From NCBI RefSeq assembly GCF_009914755.1, contig NC_060936.1: DNA of 64,000 bases. One strand, 5' to 3'. The position numbers and the translations under genes were made by a program. The notes below the pieces were generated by a model, which worked only from the letters and a program-made list of their open reading frames with translations, was not told the origin of the DNA and did not search any database. The stretch comes from the human T2T-CHM13v2.0 reference genome, Homo sapiens. Positions 1-14,539 of the stretch are shown in pieces. The stretch's first letter is position 1, and each line of letters begins with the position of its first letter.

Positions 1-177
1 CCATTAGCCTACAGTTGGGCAATATCACCTAACACAAAGCCTATTCTATAACAAAGTGTTGAATAGCTCATGAAATTTACTGAATATTGTATATTATGTC
101 AATATTGCCATGATTTCACACCACCATAAAGTCAAAAAATTGTAAATCCAGCCATCAGTAAAGTCGAGAACCATCTA
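1..177. mobile_element. MER47/Tigger5-type non-autonomous TcMar-Tigger DNA transposon, cut by window edge
   Basis: attagcctacagttgggcaa...aacacaaagcctatt and terminal aagtcgagaaccatct+TA resemble recalled consensus. Confidence 0.7.
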
Positions 178-230
178 TAGTATTTCATGATTAACCCTGA
201 TCCAATCATCAGCTACTTCAACTGCAAGGA

Positions 231-430
231 ATTATTCATTCATTTCTTCATTCCTTCATCAAATGTTTGAGTAACTGTTTTGTGGCAGAGACTGTGCAAG
301 GTTCTGCTCTTGTTGACTTTACAGTCTGGTGAAAGGACATTAATTCCCACACACTGTCAAGAAGTAAAGGTAAGGCAAGTCCAGGGAGCTGAAGGGGAAC
401 AGAGGAGGAACATGTGGTCCCAGTTTACTC
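231..430 (-). mobile_element. L2 3' fragment
   Basis: attcattcatt...caaatgtttgagtaactgttttgtggcagagactgtgc is the reverse complement of the L2 tail. Confidence 0.6.
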
Positions 431-954
431 ATGTAGAGGGTTGACAAGAATTACAATGCAGAGGTAACTGTGTCTTGAAGGACTGCAGGGTGTAGAGACA
501 ATGCAAAATTGAACAAAACAACTCTGAGACCACGCAGCGCGGCAGCCGGACACAGGACACCTCTCAGGAGGCTGGGCATTGGCAAGGTTGTCAGCAGCCT
601 AGATACATGGAATTAAATAGATAAGGAGGGTATCTATAGTCATTGCCCACAAGGGGGAAGACACAGGATAGCAGTATAGGCAGGAAGCATGAACTCCTAT
701 GGAGAATTAGAACAAGGAAGAGTTGGTTCTATGCAATAGTGAGAACAGGGGAAAATGTACAGCAATGGAACTGGGCTCTGGAGAATGGGGAGGACCTTGA
801 TTAATAGAAATTAGGAGAAGGGAATTCTAGGAAATATATAGAAGCAGAAATTAAGAGCATGACAATGAAAGTGGTTTGAGCAAAGGGAAGTATAAAGAAA
901 AGAGGTGTAGAAAGAGAATGAAAAGGCAAAATGAAACCATGCTCACAATGGGGA

Positions 955-1110
955 GTGACTGTTCACTGAGGACCTAAGTGCAGGGATCTGGACTTAGCAC
1001 TTGACACACACTAGCATGCTTAACATTCACCATCATTCCATTTCACGCGTAATGAAACTGAAGCTTTCTTTTAAAGTAACTTGCTCCAAGTTCATAAAGT
1101 AAGTGGTATC
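955..1110 (-). mobile_element. MIR fragment
   Basis: ccatttcac...gaaactgaagct...aagtaacttgctccaagttcata core. Confidence 0.55.
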
Positions 1111-1478
1111 CTGTCCAGCACACTCACCATGTAAATTGATTCCCAAAGGCATAAGTCAGGGTGGTACAATTGGGTGTTTGAGCCAATTTCTTAGACAGTG
1201 AAGTGCAGACTAGATTGGGGATATGAAATGGGAGACTGAGAACAGCACAGAGATGCAGCTGACACACCCATTTTAAAAGTCCTCAACAAACCAGCTGTAA
1301 TAGCCACCCGAGTCTTAGTGCTGTGACCATGTTTGATTTTCTTTAATAGCACTCATCCTTACCTGAAAATATTTTGGTTATGAGCTTGTCTATCTCCAGA
1401 TCAATAGGAGCTTCTTAAAGGAAAGATTGTGTCTAGATTGTCTGCCAATGTATCCTCAGTAATGCCTGTCCCAGGCTA

Positions 1479-1592
1479 CGTACTGGGTTGAATTGTGTCC
1501 CCACAAAAGATATGTAAAGGTCCCAACTGCTGGTACCTGTGAATGTGACCTTATTTGGAAATAGGTTCCTTACAGATGTAATTAAGATGTAA
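1479..1592 (+). mobile_element. MLT1 (MaLR LTR) 5' part
   Basis: gggttgaattgtgtcccc...gtgaatgtgaccttatttggaaatagg...cagatgtaattaag. Confidence 0.8.
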
Positions 1593-1597
1593 GTAAT

Positions 1598-1692
1598 CTA
1601 TAGCCCATGGACCAAATCCAGTCCACCAATGTCCTGCAAATCCTAAAATATTTACTATCTTGACCTTTACAGAAAAAGTTTGCTGACCCTGG
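1598..1692 (+). mobile_element. MER58 (hAT-Charlie) fragment
   Basis: cctaaaatatttactatcttgacctttacagaaaaagtttgctgaccctg terminal motif. Confidence 0.8.
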
Positions 1693-1971
1693 ATTAGCAG
1701 GTCTGCCCCTCTGTTTTGAGAATCAAACGAACATTTAGGAAGCCACTTTAAACTGTGTAACACATAAGTCGAAGGCTTAGCAGACAAAGAGAAGAATTTC
1801 AGATAGTAAGCAATGAAGATGAAAAATGCCGATTATGCTTGTCCCATCAGGCCTTTAAAAAAAATGGCACAAATTTAAGAAGAGAGTGATGGACATTCGC
1901 CTAATAACAGTCTGAGCAGGTTCTACATCTCATTACCACAACCTCTAATGTTGCCACATTTCTCCTTCAGA

Positions 1972-2202
1972 AAGAGGCAGTATAATAGAGTGATTGAGAT
2001 GATGAACTTTGAAATCAGACAGACCTAGTTTTGAATTGCTTCTCCATTCCTTATTGGCTATCTGACTTTGAGCAAGTTAGTTACTCTCTCTGGGTCTCAA
2101 TGTCCACATGTGTGGTTGTGATGGTTACATGAGATCATATGTATAAAGTTTTTATAGAGTATTTGTTACATAGTAAATGCTCAATAAATGTCAGTCATTA
2201 TT
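1972..2202 (+). mobile_element. MIR, near full length
   Basis: cagacctagttttgaat...gactttgagcaagttagtt...catagtaaatgctcaataaatgtcag. Confidence 0.8.
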
Positions 2203-4719
2203 GCCATTGTCAGAAACTAGAATTTTACCTGACTTTAATTCACATAACAAGGAACTACAAAGCTCACTCTTTAGAAAAACACAGCTTTAATTTTCCAAAT
2301 AGTTAAATTATATTAGACTTACTGAAAGTTAAAAATCAATTTCAGAAGCAAGGAAGAAACAAAGAAGAATAAAACCATTTTTTTCCATTTATAGCTATAG
2401 CAGATAAACTGTGCCCTGGCTCTAAAAACTCAGAACATCACATCCAAGATGAGTTGAAAAATTATCAGGGTCCTCTTTCAATATTATCTGGTTGTACTAG
2501 AACCAAATTTTCAGAGATAGAATTTCAAAATGTAAAAAGATAAAAAAAAAAATTTGGCCTGTAATTCTTCAATCAAGCCACTTTGCTTTCAAAAGCACAC
2601 AAAATGTGAGTCACTGTCATAAGTATCCAGGACACTCATTTCTCTTTGTGGGGAGTTAGCTTTGGAAATCAATCTCCAGAATTAAGACCATGAACAATGC
2701 CTCATATTTACTACAAGAACCAGAGTTATAACAGCAGCATAAGTGCCTGCCTGGGGCTATGACTTCAGTGCCCTAACTTCAAGCGCTGCTTCTTAATTAA
2801 AATTTAAGTCACTGAGTGTGAACAATTTTAGCTTAATCTGTACTTTTATGCATATGAATGCTGAGTTAATTTCTAATTGGCAACTTTCACCTCCTTTTTC
2901 CATATTGTTTCTTTTGGGACAATGTAAAATCCGAAAAGCATCCAAGTTGTGCCTGTACAATGTTCATATTACTTCCAACTTTGCTGCATCAGAACCTCTG
3001 AAGAACAAAAAAATTATAATAACCCACACAAACTCATTTCAGGAGATTGGCGTATCCTGAGTTTAAACCAGCTCTTATCTTAACTTGCCTATGTGAGATT
3101 TACAAACAGGAAGAGAACAAATAAGGAGTAATTTAAATTTTAATTTAAAAACCCCTCTATTTTCTTATCCCTTATCAAACTGCCAGCATTTTTCCTACTG
3201 ACAATGAGTAAGTGTCATTGGCATAGACCAGACCCTACCCAAAACCAAGGAATCTCTTTCATCTAAAACCCTGATCCCTTTAATAAACAAAATACGAAAA
3301 GGCAGTCAAAATTACGCTGTGGCTTTATAAAAGAAGGCAGGGAAATCCTCTGAGTACAATTCCCCACTTGTTATTTTCACATACCATGTGACTCCAAGTC
3401 ATTCTGAAGGATAAAGAGACAGGGCTGCCACTAGATCCCAGCCACGATTTCCCCTGCGTTCCCAGCCCCAGCCCATCTGTTCTCCAGAGGCCACGTGAAT
3501 GGCATATGTCAAGAGAGTCAGAGCTGTGCAAACTGCCCAAAGAAATCGCTCGGCCAACTTCCCTTTGCTTCCACGGCTTCAGCAATTGTTGCTGCGCCAA
3601 CCACCATATGGCGAATAATTAGTTTTTCGACCCCACTCAAGAAAAATGTCCGCTTCATTGCCAAGCGTTAGCAATATGTGTGTTAATGAACAGTGGGAGT
3701 TGAATGCCTATACATTAACAAAAGTTCTACATTTTTTTTTCTTTTCCAGCTTCAAGCTCTGTCCTCTCCTTTGCTTTGCCCCCTTTCAAGTAGGTGACAG
3801 TCTGGAGTCCACAGCATTTAGGAATAAACTGTATGTTTCATTGCTTTGTTTTTATTTTTATTTCTGTGTTTTATGAGAGGCTGGAATCCAATGGGAGATG
3901 CCCAGTTTTAACAGCCAAATGTCTTTCTTTTAACAAAACATCTTTAATCTTCTTTTGCTCAAAATGATGCATTCAGTCCATATAAAGATTGGGACATCAG
4001 AGTTGAACAACAGAGTGCTTTCTGCCATTGATGCATAAGAGGAGAGTATAAATTATAGTATTAACATTAGAGCCTGTGCTCAAGCAGGATGCACCCTTTT
4101 GGCCTCTTTAAATAAACACTTACCTCCACACTCCAATGGAAAATATGTAGGATGCTTTTAGCATAAAGATTTAAGAACCCAGTTAAAGCTTCAAGTTCAC
4201 TATCCCAAGAATAGAAGCCTTAATAGGCAGATAATTGCTCTCAAGAGGGAAAGATTTTTGTGTGGTCAGAAATAAACATTTATTTAACATATATGGTGCA
4301 AGATAAAAATACCTAAGTTTGCATCTATTTTTGCGTTTTCTGGAATCAGGCAACACTGATTTCTCCCACTTAAGCTTGAAGCTAACTGCTTTTTGACCTT
4401 GGCCTTCACATTCTCTGCCTGCAGACATACAAACCCTGAGAAAAAGAGACAGGCAATTGAAATGTTCCCTAATGCAATTCTCAAAGAATCTTGCTATAGT
4501 TCAGTGGTTCTCAAATATCTTCAGTTTGCAGACCATCCTACCATGGCAGAAGTCCCCAAAGATCCTCCCTCCTATTTGTGGCTGAAAAAGAAATGTTTCG
4601 CCAGAATAAATGAGCAGAGGGGTGCTGATTTAATGAGACAGCCAAGAAGAATCTCACAAGCAAAATGCGAATTAGCTCCAGACACAATGACAACTGTTAT
4701 TTTCTTTTTATATTTGACT

Positions 4720-4881
4720 CAATTAGAATAATATCTGCATGGCCCTCTAGACTATAAACGCCCTGAGGATACAATTGCTTCTGTTTTGCTCACAGTGTGT
4801 CCTCAGCAGCTAGAGCTCAGTACCCAATTGGATGTTGGGAATACAATGCACAAACTTTCAGCAAGTATTTGTTGAATAAAT
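4720..4881 (+). mobile_element. L2 3' end
   Basis: ctagactataaacgccctgagg...aagtatttgttgaataaat. Confidence 0.6.
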
Positions 4882-5174
4882 ACTTTACTCTAAACAATCT
4901 TGAATATTATATGAGACTACCCTAGGAAACACTGGCATTTTGTAGGTCACAGTTGGAGAACCTTTGCCAGTGGGCATTGTAAGGTGATATTGAACATAGC
5001 GCCTAGTGGCATCTTTAATTTCATCTAATTAGTATTGTTGCTATCACTGGCCTATATTTATAGTCTTTATGTCTTTCTGTGCCAGAATCTTAATTTCAGA
5101 AGATATAGGCTTCATTTTTCATCAGAAAGGCAGCTGATCTGGTGTTTTCCACACACTTTTAGTCAGAAAACTGA

Positions 5175-5390
5175 GGGGCAATGGCATAATTTAGAAATCA
5201 TACATCCTGAGATTCACTCCAAGCTTCACCACTGACTAGCTCTCTCTTCATCCCTCTAAGCCTCAGTTTTCTCATGTATTTACAAAGAGTGAGGAGAGAG
5301 GAAAAAATAATTCCTATTTTGCAGCATTTTGTGAGTTAGAAAGTAAGTTGGCCTGACACATAGTAGATCTCCTATAGAATGTGGCTATTT
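5175..5390 (+). mobile_element. MIR
   Basis: ccctctaagcctcagttttctcat...cctgacacatagtag. Confidence 0.6.
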
Positions 5391-6077
5391 TTGAGTGTCA
5401 ATAAATGAATATATCCTAAAAGCATCAAATATATGTAATCCTGGGGACCATAAAAGCTTTACATTTTAAGGAACTGTTAATAAACACTGACCAAGAACAT
5501 AAAAGGAGTTGATTAGGGATTGACCGTCTTAATTTGAGCAAAGTCTTTTTTTTATACGCATCAACTCATCAAACACTAAAAATGCATCGCTGGGAAAAAT
5601 AGGCAGCTTGAAGTGGCTCCCTTTATGGCCCAAACAATGCATTAGAAATGAGTTTCCTTTTGCTCCCCACCCTGAGAAGCATAACAATAACTTGGTTGAA
5701 CAAAGGGTTCTCAAGGTTCTAGCACCCCACCTTCATCCAGTTGGTGGGTGTCAAACCCAGTTTTAGGTACAACCCTTGAAGGAAGAAGGCTGGGCTGGGG
5801 TGAAGTGGCTTCACCAAGGAAACTGCACTTAAGGGAAATACTTCTGCTGCCTAACCAAAAAATGTCATTCTGCAATGTTATGGTTAAATTGTGCTGCATT
5901 TGGTTGAAGCAGAGGTGCTGTTCTGAGTGGTCTATGATCAAAAATTAGTCAAGAAGAAGCCAGAATAAAAGTCAACTGTAAACTAGAAAGTAAATGCCTG
6001 CAAACATAGTCTGTCTCATGTGCTATCTGCCCCTTTGTGCACAGCTGAAAAGTTTGCTCCTATCTGGTGGCTTATAA

Positions 6078-6458
<381 letters not shown>

Positions 6459-6897
6459 AAGGGGTTTTAATATTTGACATGGACCATATCCCTCTAGGTG
6501 GGTATCCTTTAATAAGCCACACACATCCTTGTATGGTAGCCACGCAAACCTTCTCTATTCTCCTCAGAACAAAACCTCATTCCCAGCCCAATACTTACAC
6601 CACTAAGAAGAGCAAGCCATCCAGTATGAACCCCTTCACAACTCTCTACTCTCTGTCTCCACTTACCCACTTTTTTTTTCTGTGCTCTTTTATTTGCCAA
6701 GATTCAATCAAGTCTCTACCTGACCTCATTTCATCCCTTGATACTTCTCCCAAGACCACGTTATATTAATTGTCCATGTTTCTACAGGATATTTTGAACT
6801 CTTCTTTTATCTTTATAAATGACTACACCCTTTTAGTTCTATTTAGTTGCAGTCTTATCTTCTGCTTTCCCTTTACCACCAAATTTTGGGAAATAGG

Positions 6898-7040
6898 TTT
6901 CCAATATAGCAGCCACTAGCCGGAGGTAGCTACTAAACAGTTGAGTATGGCCAGTGTAACTGAGGAACTGAATTTTACATTTTACTTATTTTAGAAAATT
7001 TACATTTAAATTGCTCCATATCATATGCAGTGGTACAGCC
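6898..7040. mobile_element. MER3-like hAT-Charlie element
   Basis: ccaatatagcagccactagcc...ggccagtgtaactgaggaactgaatttt. Confidence 0.7.
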
Positions 7041-8017
7041 ATAAAGTTCTATCTCTTTTGTGCACCACCTCTCTCAAAGCTTTGCTTACCTCCTCTGTAC
7101 AAAGAAGGACCACAGCTCTCTAACAGAACTAAGAAACAGACTCATGTTTTCAATTTTCCTCTGAAGTTCCACACCAGCTCTCTCAACAACACCTGAAACT
7201 CAACATTTCAGATTTTGCATTTTCCTGCTGTGCTTATGCACTTGAAACTGATGTCATCCTGGGAAAGCTTGGAGCAGTGTCTGGCTCTGGTACAGCAAGC
7301 GCTTCTAAGAAGGCCTGAAGAAGTGTTTTCCCGGCCACTTGCAATTCTTGCAGTGCATTTAATCTTTACAATTATCTTCTGCCAGATTATATATCTTTGT
7401 AGAGCCCCTCCACAAGATAAGAGCCTCCTAAAGTGTTTTTATTTTTTCCCAACATATTCGCCCTTTTTTTTAGAGCATAGATTTATTCTATTGCCTACAG
7501 TTCCTGGGTCCCTGGCACTTGTTAAATAAGAGAGATGCTCTATGGATTCTCTGGCTGATTCCCAGGGTCACAAAAACTATTGATGTGTGCATTTGCAGAA
7601 AGGGGTGGGATGTAGTCCAGCAGGAGTGGGAACAGGAAAGAAGGAGGAAGAGAGGAGCCATTTTGACTGATTTCAGCACTTTATCAAATCAGGAGCTGAA
7701 TTCACTTCTGTTATGACACAGACACCTAGCCACAAGGCACAAGCATATCTTGATCTTCTCCTAAAGATACACTAAAAAGTACATTTTTATAAAAAAGCAG
7801 CCTGGAATATTCATTCACATTAACATAAATAATTGCTCATGTTTCATCATTTTACTGATTTTTAAACTACAAATAAATTAGATTTAGAATCCTTTCCTTT
7901 TCTTAACCTTCACAATAAAAACAATTCAAGACATAAATATTATTTGCATTTGGGCTCTCAAAGGCAGGATGACATATTAAGAAACATATATTATTAGCTA
8001 AGTTCAAATACACTTTT

Positions 8018-8560
8018 TAAAATCTTTTAAGTTCAGGGGTACGAGTACAGATTTGTTATGTAAGTAAACTTGCGTCATGGAGATGTGTTGTACAGGTTAT
8101 TTCATCACCCAGGTATTAAGCCTAGTACCCATTAGTTATTTCTCCCCATCGTCTCCCTCCTTCTACCCTCCACCCTCTGAAAGGCCCCAGTATATGTTGT
8201 TCCCTTCTATGTGTCCATGTATTCTCATCATTTAACTACTACTTGTGAGACCTTGTGATATTTGGTTTTCTGTTTCTGTGTTAGTTTGCTAAAGATAATG
8301 GCCTCTATCCATCCATGTCCATAAAAAAGTGGACAAAGGACATGAACAGATACTTTTTAAAATAAGATATACATATGGCCAACAATCATATGAAGAAAAG
8401 CTCAACATCACTGATCATTAGAGAAATGCAAATCAAAAGCACAATAAGATACTATCTCACACCAGTGAGAATGGCTATTATTAAAAAGTCAAAAAATAAC
8501 AGATGCTGGTGAAATTGTGGAGAAAAAGGAACACTTATACACTGTTGGTGGGAGTGAAAA
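8018..8560 (-). mobile_element. 5'-truncated, 5'-inverted L1 (L1PA15/16-like)
   Basis: 3'UTR on minus 8018-8320, ORF2 piece on plus 8321-8560; 14-bp TSD tcaaatacactttt at 8004-8017 and 8561-8574. Confidence 0.85.
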
Positions 8561-9638
8561 TCAAATACACTTTTGTTATATTTCATTTAGGTGCTATGGA
8601 TACTCTAACAAGATCATAGCATTTTGGAACTTCAAGTTATATTCAGAAGTTCATCTGTACTCAAATAATTCACTTGGAATTTAAATAAAAGAAACTACTG
8701 TCAAATTAGAAAATACTTAGCAAAGTTCCTGAGAAAGAATAAAAGACTTCTTAACAGCTGCTACAAAAAAAATTAGCGTGTCAGTCTAAAAGCACAGTGA
8801 ACCCAGAAAGATGGGAGAAAACAAGGTAATCCCTAAGATTATTTAGCTTAGCCCCTTGAAAGAAGTTTACTGCTGTGACACAGGGAGGGAACCATGGCAG
8901 AGCCTCATGGACTCCTTGAGTTGAGGAGAAAAGAGGAGGGCTGGGGAGAGCAAAATGGGTAGTGTTCTTGGTGAAAAATACTAAGAGAAGAGCGCTAAAG
9001 AGAGTGAGTTCTCCAGGAGTCTATAGAGGGTCCCCCTCAAGTATTCAGCAGAGTATTGATCAGTGAATGGCAGCGAGGAAACTGCTCTAAGTTAAAAAGA
9101 ACCCATCCAAAAGGATTAGTGGGAACTCAAGTAGGGCCAGGAATGGTGCCTGTTTTCACCAGCCAAACTGGACAACTTCATAATTCATGGGGCACTGGAT
9201 AGTGTGCTCAAAAGCGTCTTGCCTCAGTGATGGGGAATTAGCCTAAGACTAACTGCTTCTATTGTCCTGACTTAATAAAACTCTTAAAAGCAAAACCCAA
9301 AAGAATCATAATGTTACTGAGTAACTTAACTGTATCACAGAATAAAGCACAAGAATATTTATAAGAAGGCAAAAATATCCAGCACCCAAAAGGGTAAAAT
9401 TTGCAATGTTTGCCATCTAATCAGTTCTTACCAGGGAGGCAAAGGAGCAAAGACATTAAAACAGTTATAACTCTATTCCATAAGTTCAAAATATTAAGTA
9501 GAGACAGAAAGACCTTTTAAAAGACTCAAATTGAGGATCTAGAGATGGACACTAGAACGTCTGATATTAAAACATACTCTGGATGGCAGATTAAACATTG
9601 CAGAAAGAAAGGTTAGTTGAGCTGAAGACACAGCAATA

Positions 9639-10176
<538 letters not shown>

Positions 10177-10711
10177 ATTAAAAATATTAATAAGAATATC
10201 AAGAAGTCCAATACATGCACAATTGGAGGTCACAAAAGAGAGAGTTAAATGTGAATACCATAAACCCCAAAGCACCACTGAAATAACAAAACAAAGATTT
10301 ACAGATAATGAGCCAACAAAGATGATGAAATGGAATCATAAAATATCGATTAATACAAAAGAAGATGGAAAAGAGACAAAAGAACAGAGAACAAATGAGA
10401 CAAATGAATGCAAATAAGATGATAGCCTTAAACCAAACTAAAGTAATACTCACAATGTAAGTGACCTAAACACCCTCAATTAATAGACAGAGATGTCAGA
10501 TTGACTAAACAGTGCAAGACCTACCTACAAGTTGCCTACAAAAAGCACATTTTAAATATAAAGACATAAATAGTATTAAAGTAAAAACATAGAAAAAGAA
10601 AGCCCACAGTAACATAATCAAAAGAAATCTTGAGTGGCTTATATTAATGTAAAAGTATATTTCAAAGAAATAAACATTAAAGACGAAGAAAGTTTGGTAA
10701 TAATGATAAGG

Positions 10712-10822
10712 AGGACTTCTCAGCCTCCATAATCATGTGAGTCAATAGTTAAATAAATCTTTTCTTTTCTACATCTATGTATAGCTTATGTGTCTGTTTC
10801 TCTGGAGAACCCTGACTAACAG
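10712..10822 (+). mobile_element. MLT2 LTR 3' end
   Basis: cagcctccataatcatgtgagtcaa...tctctggagaaccctgactaa. Confidence 0.8.
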
Positions 10823-10825
10823 AAT

Positions 10826-10886
10826 CGAGAGAGAGAGAGAGATCTATTATAAATAGATAGATACATAAATAGATAGATAGACAGAT
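10826..10886. repeat. (GA)n plus (TAGA)n microsatellite
   Basis: Directly visible. Confidence 0.85.
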
Positions 10887-11229
10887 AAAATATCTACACC
10901 AAGCTGACCAGTTTGCAGGCACATCTGAATTTTTACAGACCCTCTATGTAGTGGGGTGCAAGGGTAGATACCTCTGACATAGGACAAAACTCAAAACTTG
11001 AGTTTATGGGCTCCTCAACCTTTTAACTTGATGGGCTCCTCAACCTTTTAACAAAATTTTCTAACAACTAAAAGCTGTAGAGATATCAAGTGACTGAAGA
11101 CTTCAACTTTTACACCATCTAGTCTGGGATATGTTATTTTACCCTTACGATACCTAAACGAGGATTGATGCCTTCTTGGGTCCCATTTTAAAAGGTACTC
11201 AAATAGAGAGGAGGGATGGAGAAAAACGA

Positions 11230-11380
11230 ATATGCATGGAGCACCTACTGTATGCCAGGCACTATACTAGGTGTTCCATGTATAAATTCTCATCTAATCC
11301 CCAAATCTGGCCAAGTGTAGTATTATTACCCCATAGTAGACTATGGAAGAAGTTTAAGCAAAGTTAATCAGAAAGCCTGT
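11230..11380 (-). mobile_element. MIR
   Basis: gagcacctactgtatgccaggcact...tctcatctaatcc...tattattacccca. Confidence 0.65.
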
Positions 11381-12269
11381 AAGTTAGAAAACACATTAGC
11401 TCTTTTAAGTTTAAAAAAGAAAAAAAGCAAATCCAGATTCAAAGATTATATATTCATTTCCCCACCCCCCGCCCCCGCATCCCATCTTTCTACAAAAACA
11501 AGCCCACTCTTAAGCAAAACTTCATGACGGAAGCTACAACATGCAAGGACAGCTGAACTGCATTAAATTAGAGCAATTACGTCAGTTTCTGAAGGTCGAC
11601 ATTGATAGGAAAACTTCATTGTCCTGACACAGAGGTCTCCGCTGCTCTTCCCAGATGTCAGAAAGAAAATAACCAGGCAAGTGCTTGGGCACATGCAAGG
11701 GTGCTATTTCAGAACCCTTTACCTCCTCACCCTGTGTACAGCTTATACTCTTCATCTACCATGCAGAGTTCTAAGGAGCTGTCAGAGCTGTTTTACCATT
11801 TAATAAATAAAAAGAAAATATGCGAGTAGTAGAATTTTAGCACAAATCCAAATGGAATAATTCGTTTTCAAAATATCAATATTTGCTGCCAATGGGACTT
11901 AACAAAATTTAAAATTCTAACATTTGCAAGTGAAAACAAACCATTTCTACACCCAAGAAACCCACAAAATTATTCCCCTAAATGTCTTCCCATAAGAAAT
12001 GGAGACATTTCATATCTTCCTTTAATTTTTTTCTATATAGGTATTTAAATCGCAAAATCAATTCCTTTTGATTAACTACTTTTTTGCCCTGATAAAAATA
12101 ATAATTCAGTGCAGCAAAATTAAAATCTTCATTTAAAATGGGAAACCTGATGAAATCAAAGATTTTTTTGAAACTTTGACTACAGACAAAGTTTTTCATT
12201 TCAAAAAGAATATTTATAGAAGTCATTATGTAGTTGAATGATCTTAAAAGAAGCAATACAGTCAGCTGA

Positions 12270-12645
<376 letters not shown>

Positions 12646-13299
12646 TCAGATGCCAGAATTTTTACTAATACCCCAATTAAAACATGAGGAGAAAGTCCAC
12701 TGTTTTTCTCCAGGGCTGTTAGTTCTAATGGTACAAATTCTTTGAATTGAAAACATATTAAGCACTACCAATTAGTATATCTGTGTGCCTTGAGTGTACA
12801 TATCTACAATGAAAGACATTGATCTTTTTCATCTTCCAATCCAGACAAGAAGCAGTAGCCAACACAGGCATGTTACCAAATGTCACCTGATATGACCAAA
12901 TTAGAAAAAGGGTGGAGGCCCTCCTACAGCTGTGCAAAATCAAGTCATTTTAGCTGTTTTCATTGTTGTTATACAATAAAGAGGGATGGCAGGGCAGCTG
13001 AATCTTGGATCAAGATAAAGAAGTCCTCCTCACCTCATTGGCAAAGATGAAAATTAATCTAATTCAAACTTCCCGGAGCTGTGTTCTCATGGTGCAAAGA
13101 GGACAGCTGCTGAAATGGTCATGTGGATGACAGAGGAGGGGTAACTATCAGACATTAAACCCCTCCATGCAGAATTATACACAAGAATTTTGTACACAGG
13201 CTGGCCAGTGAAGTCACCGATGGATGACAAGACCCACACAGCCCCTTTCCCCTATTTAGAAAGCTCTGGATTTTTGCCTGGTTCCAATTGGTGACATAA

Positions 13300-13680
13300 T
13301 GACATGTCAGCCCCTACTTTGCTGCCTATATACCCATCTTAGAGAAATTGACCCACCCATAGCCTGGTACCATGTGACACACACACACAACAACACAGGT
13401 GATTGGGTAAGCCCTGGGATTGATTGGATCAATTAAACTGTTCATTCTCAAAAATCTGAAATTGAGGCACAGGGGCTAGATCAACTGGCTGGAAAGTCTG
13501 GTGACCTGGGAGACAAGGGCACATTTTGGGCTGCCTATGATCATCCATGTACAAACAGAGCAGAGACAGCTAGTCTACAGAAAAAGAAGAGTGAGGCAAG
13601 AGAAGACAGAGAGAGAGAGGCAGCTTTGGGAAAGGGAGATACAAAAAAGAGAAGTCACAACAGTGTATCAGAAAGGACAC
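13300..13680 (+). mobile_element. Old ERVL-type LTR (LTR33/LTR16-like)
   Basis: ccatgtgac...caggtgattgg...cagagacagctagtctacag...gagagagag pattern. Confidence 0.4.
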
Positions 13681-13689
13681 TGAACTGGG

Positions 13690-14230
13690 AGAAGTGACAT
13701 GGTTCCAGTATAGGACAGCTACTCTTCACAAGGTAGCTCTGGGTGAATCATTTAACTTCACTGGATTCAGGTCCCATGATGGCAGTACAACTTAGTAGCT
13801 AAGACTTCAGCTTTTGCCTGACTTTTGGAATTAGGCAGAGTTAGGTTTGAGTCTCTGATCTTTATAAGCACTGTGACCTCAGTCACCTGACTTGCCCCTT
13901 TTGGCTTCAAATACTACATCTACAAAATTGCAGTATTAATTATACCCCTCATAAGGATTTTTGGGATCATTAAATAAAGGGATACATGTAAATCAGTTAC
14001 ACAGTCATCAACATAAAGCATCCAAGAAATATTAACTCTATAATAACTGGGAATTATTCACCTCTCTATGTATGTTTTCTCTTCTGTAAAATGCAGATAA
14101 TAATAGGACCTTACTCATAGGATTCCTGTGAGGATCAAATAAGTTGATACACAGAAAGCACTTAGAAGAGTGCCTGGTGTATCATAAGGGCTCAGTAAAT
14201 GTTTTATCACTATTATTGTTGTTGATGATG
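13690..14230 (+). mobile_element. Cluster of three MIR fragments
   Basis: Cores at ~13740, ~13870-13940 and ~14060-14210 (ctgtaaaatgcagataataataggaccttactcatagg). Confidence 0.7.
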
Positions 14231-14539
14231 ATGTGCTCATCATTATTATCATTATTCCAGTGCCATCCATTCACAGCACTTTTACCATCACCACCTTTGC
14301 AGATTAAACCAATTAATCAGAAAATTATGGGATTATGTTTGCCTCTGTGCAGAACTTTGTAAATCTTGGATGCTTCATTAGGACTAATTTTGCTGATATT
14401 CCTATTAAATATGTAGCCAGAGCAATAGTTCATTTCAATATGATTCTTGAATTTTATAGAAGCAAGCATTTTAAACTTATTCATGAAAGGAAAAATAAAT
14501 AAATAAAAGCAACCTAAATGTCCCACAAGGGATAAATGT

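Noticed and set aside
528-552. Small CpG cluster as a CTCF site
   Set aside because: Poor match to CCASYAGRKGGCRS in the core positions.
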